A stretch of 64,000 nucleotides of DNA from Blepharisma stoltei ATCC 30299. Taxonomy: Eukaryota; Protista; Ciliophora. Shown in pieces: positions 37,741 through 51,703 of this stretch (position 1 is the stretch's first letter; every line of letters starts with the position of its first letter). The translations under genes and the position numbers were made by a program. The stretch covers positions 186,001 through 250,000 of the forward strand of contig CBFDEM010000032.1 of the NCBI GenBank assembly GCA_965603825.1, given 5' to 3'. Below the pieces are notes generated by a model, which worked only from the letters and a program-made list of their open reading frames with translations, was not told the DNA's origin and did not search any database.

Positions 37741-38460
37741 TTAATTTGAGCTGCTTGAGTAGAGAGAGTGGATTATAGAGCAATCATTAGAAAGGAGACT
37801 AGGCATGGAGTAGCTATGAAGCGACTTAGGAAAAAATGGTTCCAAGCCAAGCTCTTCAATCATGTAATGGCTGATGTATTTTTTCATTAGCAATCATTTT
37901 TCTAGGCACTGAAAGTCGTGATTTCCTCTGCAGCAATTAAATTCAAACTTATCACAAAGAATTCTAGGATTTAAGTCAACAAATAAAAGCTCAACATAGT
38001 AATAGTAAGATTCTCTCACTCCATAAGGAGTGAAGTATTCCTTGCAGAATCCTGAATTAAAACTGTTCGCAGTTGCCTTAAATTTTTCTTTTCTCTTAGA
38101 TTTTCCATCTGTTTTCGGGCCATTTTCTGTCTTGCTGATTTGAAAAAGGACTTCTTCGTGCTTGTGGAAAACCTTTGTTAGCTTCATCCAAATTTTCATT
38201 GCTGTAGGGTTTTTAGGGTCAAAGGAATTTATTGTTCTTGTTGGGATCTTTTGGTTTTTAATCTGACGCAAAATACGCTTATGGCCACGTATAATTCTAC
38301 ACCTCAAATATTCCTTTTTAGGTGGAGTTGTTGAAGCTCGCTTTGCATTATAAAAACAATTTTTGATTTTAGCTTCTAGCTTGCTTTTCCGTCCTGAATA
38401 AGGACCATATGATTGAAGCTGGCTTACCAAAATATTGTCCATTGATTGCATAAATTTCAT
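37741..38460 (-). CDS. Basic uncharacterised protein with PKKEYLRCRIIRGHKR and CC-x3-H-x3-C motifs, paralog A (239 aa)
   Basis: ORF 37894-38460 continues through TGA to TAA at 37741. Strongly similar to 40449-41261. Confidence 0.85.
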
Positions 38461-40448
38461 TATTTAAATTTTTATTAATTTGGCTAGACTTAAGCTAATA
38501 ATTAAGAAATTTATTATAAATATTATCAGAAGAAACTAGAAAATTTTGGTGGTTAAAAAATAGATGAATAGTTGAAATAAATTATGAAATGCTTTGGCCA
38601 TATTGCTGTGGACAAAATAGAAGCGAATAGGGTGAAACAGAAGATGGATATAAAAAATGGAAAATCACTATCAAAATTCGATTCAATCAATCTTTTTATT
38701 GCTCAAAAATAGGATTTTCGAGGAGTCTTCTAATAAAAAACGAAAATATCATAATTCTATAAATCATAATTGTGGCGACAAAAGAGTAATTTTATAAGGG
38801 ACACGTAATTCTGATAAATTAATTAATTTATTAATTCCTGAGTATTTCTATATGATTTATATAATTCATGATTTTTAATAGCTATTTTAAATGAATTATA
38901 AGTTAATTCTCATTCCTCAAATTTTGAATTAGTTAAGATTTCATGTGCAATATAATGAAAATATACATAAAAATAATTGTCTTTTCTTTAAATTTTAAGA
39001 ATGATTAAGTAATTAATACTAAAATAACATTAATAAATACGCGAAGTTTGTAATAAAAACAATTTTATTGCTTTAGAGTTAATTTATAAAGACAGATTGA
39101 TATTTACCACTCATTTAAAGAAATTCTGGAGAATAAGTATTAAAGATTTAATTTAATTAGTTTAAAATATTTGAAATTAGCCCAACCATCAATAAAATAT
39201 CTTCCAGCTTAATAAAATATTAAAAATTTAAAAACCCTAGAATAGTTTATCACTATAGGAGAGATTCCAAATCATTTTTGTCCTAAATATATATAAATAT
39301 TCCATGCTCTTTAATTGTTTTATGCATAATTTTAATAGATCTTTATTGAATAGATGAATTTTTATTCTCTTTTAAAAATATTAAATTGGTTTTGTCGATA
39401 TACCATTTTGATTAGGATTTTAATTTTTAAACATTAAAATTATTTAAATAGTCAAAACCAAAAAAATTGTTTCATTCAATTTCTGAGAGATCCATGGTTG
39501 CATTTTCTCTTAGGCTTTAATTAAAAATATTTAATTAAAGCATTTATAAATTTAGATCTCTATTCTGGATGTAAATTCTCCTTCAAAACATATTTTCAGT
39601 AATAATTAATTAGCTATCTCTATCTATTAAGATTTACTTTTCTAAAGATTTAAAACTAAATCCTGCCTATTCATTAGTAAAACAGCAGAAGTTTTAAGTC
39701 CAATATTAAGATTTTGAATATCATTAACGTTAAGTTAAATTATTAAGAGCCTTACTGCAGAGCTTGCTGCTTCTGAAAGAGCCCCTTCAAATTCGTGCGC
39801 ATTTCAAATAATGAAAAAACCTACCCCTGTATTAGACTTTAACTTATAAGCTCAGCATTACCATCTCACCTGCGCAGAAAAAACTGCCAGATACCTTAAC
39901 TTTTGATTCACTAAAAGAAGCCAGTATGATGAGTCGATTTACAATACCATTTTAATGATAGATCTGGAATATCAATTAAGAGATTATTTCATATTATTAT
40001 TTTAATAATAAAATACACATTTAAAGTTCAAATTGAATTTAAATTGCTTTGTAAATAATCTAAAATAATTTTTATAAATTATCCAAGGCTAAAAATAATT
40101 ATTTTTTATCATTCTATATTTTGTATTTTATATTTAAATTTTTTCATTTCTAAGACGTTGAGACCCAAAATATTTCATAAATTATAAAATTTCCACATTG
40201 ACAAACTCCTTAAAAAATAAAAATTATTTTTACCTTAAACATTATTTTATGATTTTTGAATTCATTCCATTTTTTGAAGACCTTAGAAATTTAAAGATGG
40301 GCTAATTTTAAATTATTCCTTACTTGTTGATTATAAAATTATCGTTAACATATTAAACAAAATTCGATCTAGATGCATCATTTCATGATAAATTTTAAGT
40401 TTTCTAAATAAATGATGAGCATCTAATGATTTCTTAATTAATCTAATA

Positions 40449-41261
40449 ATGAAGTTTATACAACCAATGGATCAAGTATTGGTCAGTCAACTCCAGACTT
40501 ATGCTTCTAACGCAGGTCGTAAAAGCAAACTAGAGGCCAGGATCAGAAGTTGCTTTTTTAACACCAAGCGATCAACCCCTATGCCTCCTAAGAAAGAATA
40601 TCTAAGGTGCAGAATCATCCGTGGCCATAAGAGAGCATTAAGGCAAGTCAAAAACAAGAAGATCCCAACTAGAACGATAAATTCCTTTGACTCTAAGAAC
40701 CCTACCGCAATGAAAATTTGAAAAGCGCTTACAGAGTCTTTCCATAAATATGAAGAAGAACTTACCCCAATTAGTCAAACAGAAAATGGGCCTAAAACAG
40801 ATGGGAAGTCTAAAAGGAAAGAAAAGCCCGATGAAATTGCCAAAAGTTTTAATTCCGAGTTTTGCAAAGATTACTTCGCTCCTTATGGAGTTAGAGAAAC
40901 ATATTATTATTACATTGAACTGCTGTTTGCCGATTTAAATCCAAGGATTCTCTGCAACAAATTTGAGTTTAATTGTTGCAGAGGAAATCATAGCAAACAG
41001 TGCCTTGAAAAATGATTGCTGATGAAAAAGTACATCAGCCAGTATATGATTAAAGATCTTCAATTAGAACCATTTCTTCCAGATTCGCTAGAATACTACT
41101 CCATGCCAAGCCTTTTTTCATACAGTCATTCTTGTACTCAAACTCGTCGTTCTAGCCGTAAAAATTATGGACCCTATTTAAACTCAAAAATAGACTATTA
41201 TATTTCAAAGTCAGAACTTGGGGAGTGCTATATGAACAAGGTAGAAAATTTAATTATTTAA
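40449..41261 (+). CDS. Basic uncharacterised protein, paralog B (270 aa)
   Basis: One frame through two TGA codons. TGA 40719 aligns with TGG in paralog A. Many synonymous differences indicate both copies are coding. Confidence 0.85.
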
Positions 41262-41950
41262 CGAAATGAAGGTGATAGCTAAGGAAAAAGGCATATAAAT
41301 GTTTTTTTAGGCTTCTAATCAATATAATTATTAGTTAAAAATTTTTGCTGGCTTGCTGCTTTTCTAATTATATAAATGTTTAAAATATATCGAAAAAAAT
41401 TTGCCTGAGCCTTTCTCCAGAGTTTATACTAAAGGCTTGATGATAAAAGTTCAAACTTGTTCATTAGACTTGCCATGCTGACCATATTATTTTGGCCAAT
41501 AGAAAATGGGACTTGAAAATTGTTTTTTTTACTAGAGTCCTAAACTTTTTTTATTCTTCTAAAAAATTTTTCAATGATAGATTTGGCTATGTTTAGTAAG
41601 AATTCTTTAGCCTAATTCCCAAAAACTTATCGCTTTTTATAGGCTTTTGAAATTTTTTATCACAAAGATTATTAAATTTCAAATTCATTTTATGCTGAAT
41701 CAAAAGCCCAGTAATAATTTTTATAATTCAATAATTTAGCTTAATCATCATTATCTGGAGCCATAAAAGTTAAAATTATGTTCAGCTCAAAGAAAAAAGA
41801 TTTTCTTTGGAAATAAAGTATATTTATTCTTTTTGAAATAGGAGTAATAAATTTATTTAAAATCAATCACTGTAATATAATGACTTTAAGCTTCATCAAA
41901 TTTTAAAATAATTAATTATTTATTTATAAAGTTAAATAAATTTTTCAACA

Positions 41951-44770
41951 ATGGTGTCATTAGGGAGACACAAAAGACTATTGATACTTTTATTAAGCAT
42001 TATTATTCTCTCTTCATTCTCTTGAATGCTTATTATTTATATCGAAGGAATTTCTGAAGATAAAGAAAATATCATCAAGCCAATTATTTGAGATTTCGAT
42101 AAAGTTCCTATAAGTTTTTCGGATGAAAACAATAGAAAGATTCCAAATGACACTATTAACTCTTTAGAAATCCCTAAGGATAATTCAGAAGCAAAGCAAG
42201 GAAGTAATTTTGGAATTGATGATGAAAAAGCAAAATACTCAGCATCATGAGTACCAGAAAAAGCAGCTTTTACTGTCGACCCAACTGATTATTTTAATAC
42301 AAAATTCAATGTAGTAAATCCATGAGAAAATAAAGATAATTCGGAAAAAGTGGAAAATGGCATTGATGACACTAATAGCGAGATAAGCATAATAGAAAAT
42401 CTTATATTAGAATCAAAGCAAGAAAACTTTGAGATAAAGTCATCGTTTCTTTCAGCAAATGTAAATATTTCTGAAGAAAATATTGCCTGTGTCCCTGAGA
42501 TGCAAGGTTATACACAAGAGCAAGCCAACTGGAGATATCGATATAGAAATAGGAAATTTGGTTGTGGCTTTGAGTCTCAATCTATATGAAAAATAAAAAA
42601 TAATACTCTAACTCTTCATTGTGAGCCTGAGCCAGGACAATTTGTATTAGGAAATTTGCCTGAAGATGAACTAATAGGAAATATCAGATATCAGACAAAA
42701 TATCAGCCTTATAGAGGTCCTTTAGATCTTGGCTCTGTTGAATATGGATTTGTTAAATGTGGAATTTCTAATAAACAAGCATTTTTATTCAACAAATTTT
42801 CCGAAAAAGTTTCACAAAATTCCCAAGAAAAACGTCGCCAAATAATGGATAAATTAAATATAACGGACTCAAAGCCTCAGACTGTCTTGATAATTCTAAT
42901 AGATTCAGTTTCAAGGAATCATTTTTACAATACGTTAACAGATACTGTGGACTTCCTTAATAAAACAATAGTTAATGGAAAATATTCAAAAAATTATGCT
43001 ATTTATGATTTTTTAATAAATGGTGCTCATGGGGAAAATACACTACCTAATTTAATTCCTATGATGTTTGGCTATAACTATACTACACATAAACAGAAAA
43101 CTAAAAATCTATCATTAAAAAAATTTGAAGACAAAGAAAAATATATAGCACTTCAAAATGAAATTTTATGAAAGTTTTATAAAGACTTAGGATATGTTAC
43201 TTTATTTGAATGGGAAACTAAATGAGATTTTTTAGCAGATGCTGTAGGAAGAAAAATATTATGTGATCATGTAGCCACGAGCTTTTGGCGAGGAGCTGCT
43301 GAAATAAACGGGTTTTCTGATTTTATTGATAAACAAAGATGCATTGGGATTAATCATTCTCACCAATATATGTTTGACTATGCTAAACAATTTTTAGAAA
43401 ATTATAAAAGCCACAATAAATTCGGGTACTTGCACACAGTGGCAGGACATGAAATAACTGGATCAGTAATAAAAAGTATGGACACAGATTTATGGGCATT
43501 TTTAGATTGAATTTTAAATTTTCACAACGAAAATAATGAGGACTTGGCAATTCTTTTAGCCTCTGATCATGGGCTACATATGGGCCCATGGGATCGTTAC
43601 GAAGAAGGAAAAATTGAAAATTTAACTCCTTTCACTTTTCTAATAACAAATAAAGATTTATTAAGAAAAATCGGTAAAAACTCCCATGAGAATTTAATGC
43701 ATAACACGAAAAGAATGATGACAAAGTTTGATATAAATCTTACTTTAAAGAATCTTGGATTAGCAACATATGGGAAAATCGCTGAAAATTCTGATATATA
43801 CAAAAACTGGAAGAAAAGAACTGGGGTAAAAGATGCAGTTTCTTTATTTCTTGAGAAAATTAGCGATAATCGAAACTGCGAAGATGTAGGAATTCCTGCA
43901 TATTGATGCAAATGCTCAAAGTTCAAAGCCATTGAAATTGACAAAATTAGTGGCTTAGCTGAACACATTGCTAATGAAGGAATAAAAACAGTCAATAGGA
44001 AGGTATGAAAAGATAAATCACATGAATATTGCTCCCAGATAACTCTAGGGGATATTTTAAGTATAGAACAAGAAATTGTTTCTCATAATGAAATATTCAA
44101 TAGAACTTACAAAGTAAAGATTTCAATAAATGAGAGTTCGGATTTTATATTTAGCATCCAAGCGTATGTAGCACCAGTATTCCTCTCAGAATTAACCATA
44201 AAAGAAGAACTAGAAAATGAACTTTACCCCTTATCTGATTTTTCTTATGGAAATTTAATTTTATCAGTTCAAATACACAAAATCGTCAGAGATGACCAAA
44301 ATTGGGACTTTTGCATAGAATTGGCAGAGCTTCTAACTGCAAAACACTCTTATTGTGTCTGTAAAAGCCCTAAGACTTATGATCTTGAAAATATTCCATC
44401 TATGAAAAGAAAATTTTATTATGAAAAATTTAAAAAAAAGTTATCAATTATTGTTGGAATTGCAAATTCTACATGCGAGGAAACATGCAAAAAAGAAGGA
44501 AAGCTGTGCGAAAACTGAGGGTTACAAGTAGTAAATAGGCTTGAAATGCTGACTGAGCCTTGAAAAGAGAGACAAAGTTATACTATGTATATGGATAACC
44601 AAGGAAGAAGCTTTAAAGAACTTAGAATAAATGAAATTGAAGAAGGGGAATTTGCGGGAATTTATTTTAAAAACCAAACATATAAATTTGTGCAAGGAAA
44701 TTGGGAAGATTTAAGCTGCAATAAAAGAAATGATGAAGTGAGACCAATTTGCCCATGCTCTATATATTAA
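41951..44770 (+). CDS. Type II membrane DUF229-like (alkaline phosphatase/sulfatase superfamily) protein with C-terminal Cys-rich module, copy 1 (~939 aa)
   Basis: Single frame through TGA. N-terminal TM anchor. Motifs IDSVSRNHF, GENTLPNL, AGHE, ASDHG, R.CEDVGIP..WC.C. C-terminal TCEETC..CE..SC..RPICPC. Confidence 0.8.
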
Positions 44771-44874
44771 ATGCTTAATAGGATAGATTAACATTATTTA
44801 TAATTAACATATATAAAAATTATAAATAGAAGTATGATTATGTTAAGACTGAAAATATGGTAGCTAAATAAATA

Positions 44875-47448
44875 ATGAGCTGGCTTGCAAGGACCAAAAA
44901 ATCAATTCTTATTATTTTCAGCTCTTTGCTATTTACAAGTTTCTTCTGAGTTTTTATTGTCTACTTGGAAGATAACAACTGAGAAAATCACGAAAATACA
45001 ATAATTTTAAAAGACGAACCAGAAGAAAGAAAAAAAGCAGAAAATGATAGTTTCAGTCTTACTTTCAAAGAATTTTTTGATAAAAGTAATCAGAATGAGT
45101 CTCTACCTTATGATTTTAGCACTATTAAGTCTCAAAAATTATCCGAAGAGATAATTTTTTACGATGAAGATATAAAATCTAAACCTCAACACCAAGGGTA
45201 TACTAGTGAACAAAGTGAGATTAAATTTAAGTACAAGAACCGATCTTTAAGCTGCCCATCAGAAGTGAGGAAAATCTTTTCGTTAGAGAACAATAAATTG
45301 ACTATGAACTGCTTTGACTCTGAAACTCCTCAATACATATTAGGAATTTCTCCTGATGAAGAAATAATTGGAAGTGTCAAATTTCCAACAAATTGAAGAG
45401 TTTATACATCTCCATTAGATATAGGAAACACTGAATTTGGTTTTACAAAATGCAGCAACTTAGAGAAACAAGCCTGGCTTCATAATATTTTTTCTGAAAA
45501 AATTTCGGAAAAATCCTTAAATAAAGTAATTGAAATTGCAAAAGAGAGCAGATTGTCTAAAAAGCTAAGGCCTCAGACTGTGCTAGTTTTACTTGTAGAC
45601 GCTGTGTCCAGGCAGCATTTTTATCGGTCGATGAAACGCACGGTTTCTTTTATGAATGAAAATATAGTAAATGGAAAATTTTCGCAAAATCACACAGTTT
45701 ATGATTTTGCTAATGGGAATGCACATGGGACAAAGACCTTGACTAATCTAATTCCTATGCTTTTTGGGCGCTCTTATCTTGACCACCTTTCAGCAATAAA
45801 TAAGCTTTCTTTAAAAAACAATGGAGACGAAGCTAAATTTAAGAAAGTTCAAGAAGAAATTATATGAAAACATTATGAAAAGTATGGGTTTGTTACTATG
45901 CTTGGGTGGGAAACGAAAATGGATTACTTGGCTGAAATGATTGGAAGGAAAATTTTATGTGACCATGTAGCTGCAAGTTTTTGACGTGGTGCAGCTTCAA
46001 TAGAAGGGTTTAATGACTTCAGTGACAAGCAAAGATGCATCGGCCATCTCCATTCCCATGAATATCTATTAAACTATACAGAAGAATTCATCAAAAATTA
46101 TAAAGGACATAACAAATTCGGATATCTACACTTTTTGTCAGGACATGAGCCGACTGGCTCAGTTATACAAACTTTGGACTCTCATTTAGCAACATTTTTA
46201 GAAGAAGTTTTGACGTTTTATGATAAAAATGATGAAGATTTAGCGATTTTTCTAGCTTCAGATCATGGCCTACATATGGGGCCTTGGGATCGATATGAAG
46301 CAGGAACAGTGGAAATTGTAACTCCTTTTTCTTTTCTTATTACTAGCAAAAAATTACTATTAAAACTTGGCCCTGACACTCATGATATACTACTCCATAA
46401 TACGCAAAGGCTAACAGGAAAATATGATATTTATCTCACTTTAAAACATTTAGCTTTAGCTCCATATGGAAATATAGCAAATCAATACCAAGAATGAAAA
46501 AGTGGCATTAATATAAATTCGGCAGTTTCTTTATTTTTTGAAAGAATTCCAAATAATAGAACCTGTGAAAACATAGGGATTCCTTTACATTTTTGCAAAT
46601 CTTTGAAATACCAAACCATTGATTTGCAAAAGATTCATAAACTGGCAGACCATATTGCAAAAGAATCTGTTATTACGATAAACAAAAAAATTGCAAAAGA
46701 TAGAGCTAAGGAGCTCTGCTATGATTTATCCTTTAAAAAAGTCCTTGATATTAAAGAAGAGACAAAAGAAAGTCAAAATTATTCTGGAAAAGTTTACAAA
46801 GTTACATTTACAATAAACGAAAGTGAAATAACCATTTTCAACACAATTGCTTATGTAGGGAATTCGGATAAATACTTAAAAGAAAATACAGAAAAAGAGG
46901 CCTACCCACAATCAGAATATGAAAATTTACAAGTACAAATAAAAAAAATAATGAGAGTTGATGAAAATGACGATTATTGCATAGAATTAGCCAGTGTTAT
47001 TTTTACGAAAGGGCACTTTTGTATATGCAAATACCCAAAAGATTTTGACATAAATGCAAATTTGCCAGCCAAAATAAGATCATCACTTGATAAATTGAAG
47101 AAAACTCTGTCAATAATTATCGGAAATTCAGGCCAAAATTGTACACAGGTTTGCGAAGAGAATAAGAAGAAATGTGAGAAATGAGGGTTTTGGATTGTAA
47201 ATGAAAAAGAGATATTGAATGAGCCTTGAAGAGCGCAATCAACTTACCAAGTTTTAAAAGATAGAAGGCATGTTGATTTTAAGAATCTTCATGTAAATGA
47301 TGTAGAGAAAGGAGAGCTTCCTGGGCTTATAAATGACCAAAATATTTATAAGTTTGTGAGGAATGATTCAGGAAACTTTAGTTGTGGTACGTATAGCGAT
47401 AAAATCATGCCTATATGCCCATGCACGCTTCATTCGTTTGAATATTAA
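44875..47448 (+). CDS. Type II membrane DUF229-like protein, copy 2 (~857 aa)
   Basis: ATG 44875 is in frame with ORFs 45553, 46135 and 46603. VDAVSRQHF, GTKTLTNL, SGHE, ASDHG. Ends GNFSCGTYSDKIMPICPC. Confidence 0.8.
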
Positions 47449-47732
47449 TTATTTAGGCTAATTAATTCCTTGAATGTTTTTTTAATATGGCTCCGGGATT
47501 TGTTTAAAAATAACTGGGAAGTCAATACACGTTTCATTCTTTTATTTAATGAAACTAAATTAGAATTTTGATGTTTCTTCAACTCCAGACTCAAAGAAGA
47601 CTTTTATTGTTTCTTAAAAATCAATTTTTAGTTATAATTAGAATAAAACGCAATTGAATAGCTCAACTATATGTATTTTTTCTTTCCATTATGATTTTTA
47701 GAGCGAAAGAGCCTTATATTATAATAATATTA

Positions 47733-50300
47733 ATGCCTTGGCTATTAAGCAAGAAACAGTCTCTAGCTATTATTTTAGGTACTATATTTGTATTTGCTTT
47801 ATTTTGGTCATCAATAATATATACTGAAGAAAAAAACCTCAAGAATTTAAATATTAGCGACACCGATGTGGTTATGTCTGAATCCAGTGAAATTTCAGAT
47901 AACCGTATAAAGCCTTCAATAAATAAAGATCAAGAACAATCCCACAACAATGAATCAAAAATAAATGCAGAGCCATCCAGACAATATCCAATAAAATCAC
48001 TTATACTAAGCCCTATTGCTAATATCACAAACAAAATAAAATGTTCTCCTCCACTGAGTGGCTATACAAAACATCAAAGCAGCCAAAGATATAAATACGA
48101 AAACCGCCAACTAAGCTGCTTTAATGATCCATTTGAAGTCTTTAGAATCGAAAATAACACCTTAAGAATGGACTGCAAAGGGCTTCAACCTGCACAATAC
48201 TCATTAGCAAACTCTCCTGAAAGCGATATTATTGGAGATGTAAAGTATGCAGCTTCTTGGAAATCTTATATATCCCCAGTTGATATTGGGAATAGTGAGT
48301 TTGGGTTTGCTAAGTGTGGGCCTTCTAAAAAGCAAGGTTGGCTTCATAATAGATTTTCTCCATCAGCTTCCCTTAGAGCTCAAGAGATGAAGGATACTAT
48401 AATAAATAAGCTGAATTTAAAAAATAGGCCAAAGCCTTTGACTGTGCTAGTTTTGCTAGTTGATGCAGTGTCAAGGCAGCATTTTTATAGGACGATGAAT
48501 AAAACCGTTGATTTGCTGTATAATCTAAACGCAGAGAGTTCAGATTTATATACAGTCTTCGACTTTTTCAATGGTAACTCGCATGGTGAAAATACTTTGC
48601 CGAATCTAGTTCCACTACTTTACGGGCATACATATCAGGAGCACTTACTAAAAACTCAATCGCTTTCATTGAAAAAGGCTGATGACGCAGAAAAATACTC
48701 AAAAATCCAAGAAGAGATCATATGGAAGCATTATGAAAAATATGGATTTGTCACGATGTTTGGATGGGAAACAAGGTGAGATTATTTCGCAGAAATAGGA
48801 GGTAGAAAAGTTTTATGTGACCATACAGCAGCGAGCTTCTGAAGAGGGGCAGTTGAAATAGCGGCTTATACTGATTTTATTGAAAAGCAAAGGTGCATAG
48901 GAAATTATCATTCTCATCAATATTTATTAAATTACACAAAAGAGTTTATTCAGAACTATTTAGAGCACAATAAATTTGGATATCTTCATTTTGTATCAGG
49001 CCACGAAGTTACAGGCTCTGTTGTGCAAATGCTAGATTCAGATTTATCTAAATTTTTAGCTGAAACTATAGATTCTCATAGAGAAAATGACGAAGATTTT
49101 GCTATATTTCTTGTTTCTGACCATGGACTTCATATGGGCTCGTGAGATAGATTTCAAGAAGGGATAATTGAAAATTTATCCCCATTTACCTTTCTTATCA
49201 CAAATAATAATTTTTTATCAAAAATCGGCCCAAACACTCGTGATATCTTACTAAGCAACACACAAAGACTGATTAGTAAATTTGATTTACATTTAACTCT
49301 GAAACATTTAGCCGCAGCCCCTTATGAAGATGCAACGGAATATAGTGATTGAAAAAAAGATGTTAAAATAAGCTCACCAGTTTCACTGCTTATTGAAGAA
49401 ATTTCTGAAAATAGGACTTGTCAAGATATTGGAGTTCCCTTATATTGGTGCACTTGCCTAGAATACAATAATGTCGAAATAAAAGATATAAACGCCTTAG
49501 CACTTCATATAGCAAATCAAACAATTTTCACAATAAATAAAAAAATCCAAAACGATAAAGCTGACGAGTTCTGCTTAGGGGTATCATTAGGAGAAATCTT
49601 AAAAGCTGAAGAAGAGACCAAAGAAAGTGAAAATTACCCAGGGAAACTGTATAAAGTTACTATATCTATAAAAGAAAGAGAAGGAATAATTTTTAGTGCT
49701 TTTGCATATGTCGCTGACTTTATTAGAGATAAAAAAATCGATGCAGAAACTGAAATTTATCCTCTTTCCCAATTTGAAAACTTTAATGTCCAAATCCAAA
49801 AAGTCATAAGGGTGGACGAAACTGATCATTTTTGCTGCGCTTTCTCAGAATTCGTGGGAGCGAAGTGCTCATTTTGCGTCTGCAAGTATCTCGAAACTTT
49901 TGAAATCGATAAAGGTATGTCTGCGAAGAAAAAACAAACCTTTGATAAGTTAAAAAGAAGTGTCACTATAGCTATAGGAAATACTAATAGGACTTGTGTA
50001 GAAACTTGCGAAGAAACTAAGAAAAAATGCGAAGAATGGGGGTTACCAATAGGAAATAAGCTAGACCTACTTAAAGAGCCTTGAAGGTCTCAATCTGCAT
50101 CTCTTGTGTACAAAGATGGAGGATATTTAGATTTCAAGTCTTTGCGAGTTGACAAGAAAATAAATGGAGCACTACCTGGGCTTATTTATGAAAATAAAAC
50201 TTATATATTTAGTGAAGCAGATCAAGAGAAACTTGCATGTGATGTTAGGGATCCTATAATTATGCCAATTTGTCCTTGCACACTTTATTCATATAATTAA
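47733..50300 (+). CDS. Type II membrane DUF229-like protein, copy 3 (~855 aa)
   Basis: One frame through TGA. VDAVSRQHF, GENTLPNL, SGHE, VSDHG. Ends LACDVRDPIIMPICPC. Confidence 0.8.
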
Positions 50301-50325
50301 AGATTATTAATCCATTACATGTTTT

Positions 50326-51339
50326 CTACAGATTTTCCTCAGTTGCCTTACTTTCTGTAGTCTCATGATTGAGGCTCTCGATTTCACTATGAGATGCAGC
50401 TCTCTCATGAGAAATATCTTGACTAAGGATTCTGTTAGAAGGGTTCCTAGCACTTTGTGCCACGCCCATGTCTTTCGATTCATTTTGGCTTACTGGAACA
50501 GTATTGCTTTGGAAATTGTTGCCTCTGTCATCTACAAGCACCAATTCTCCTTCTTCAAGCTGTAGCATCCCAGCTAGATAGTCATAGTCTTCTTTGCCAT
50601 TGCAAATTTCGATCAACTCTTTGATAGGTAAGGACAGGCTGAAGCTTTCAGGGGTTTGCGTATCAAACACTACGATTTTTATGTTTCTAAATAATACTTA
50701 CTTTTTCCCTTTGTACATTTCAATCAGAAAATATTTTCCACTAATTGTTAAACCTTTTTTAAACACTAAGTTGCTTTCCCCAAGTGGTGACAACTTTCTC
50801 GGTTTTTTCGACCCAGAACTTGTTGAATTTCTTAAGAGCACATTTCCTGGAGTCCATCTCCCATCGTTGCTTTTACGGTTTCTTGAATTTCCTAACGCAT
50901 AAGGAAATTCGCACATAAATTGCAGTCTTCTTTCAGAGTCTCTTCTGTCGTCTTCCCACTTGTGGACGTTATAAGAAGGCTGCTTTTCTTGCAGCCTTTT
51001 CAGTAAAGCTTGATTTTCCGCTGTAATCTGCACAAGCTGTCTCCTTCTTAATTCTCTATTCAAGCTTTTTTTCGGTTGAGTAGAAGACCTCGACGATCTT
51101 GCTATCATTATATGAGACATTTTTTCCAGCAGCAAGCGATTTTCACGTTCAATTTCGGTGAACCTTTCTTCTATCATTTGCTCTTTTTTAAGTTTTCTTT
51201 TAAGATGGTTAAATGAAGCTGGGCAGGATTTGTCGATTGAAGATTTCATACGTTTGAGTTTGTCGTAGTGAATCTGCAGCTTTTGTTCGTCCCATTTTTT
51301 GGATAAAACTTTATTGCCGATTGGAATTGCTCGGAACAT
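50326..51339 (-). CDS. CFAP97/KIAA1430 (Hemingway)-domain ciliary protein (~332 aa; intron 50687-50701)
   Basis: EIERENRLLLEKM and SLN...RRRQLVQITAENQALLKRL...PSY motifs. A 15-nt intron joins ORFs 50698-51339 and 50326-50670. Confidence 0.8.
50687..50701 (-). other. 15-nt intron GTAAGTATTATTTAG
   Basis: Canonical GTAAGT donor, A at position 10, contains the in-frame TAA. Confidence 0.92.
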
Positions 51340-51703
51340 TGTTTGATTTATGAAAAAATGGATTCAAGTTGAAGAAAAGAAGAAAAAAGGTAATATATGA
51401 TAAGTCAGTTGGAAGTTTGGAAAACGTGATATAGAAAAGGAAAAAGATTTGATAGCAAGAAATCATTGAAATAAGATAGGAGTCGACAAAAACACGAAAT
51501 AAATTAAATATTAATGACATCTAATAAAAATTCTTTAATTTATTAGAATTCAATCTAAAAAGGTAAGTGAATATTTAAAATTAATAGCGTTTAAAAATGA
51601 AGGAATTGAATACAGCTTGCAATTATATCCCTTGCAGCGCATATTTAAATGAGTTATTAATATTTACAAGAAATTTAATTATTTTTGAAAATGGGACATT
51701 ACT

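Noticed and set aside
973-50300. Apparent mass pseudogenisation (many short standard-code ORFs)
   Set aside because: The fragments are in frame and separated only by TGA or 15-nt introns, so they are intact genes under UGA=Trp.
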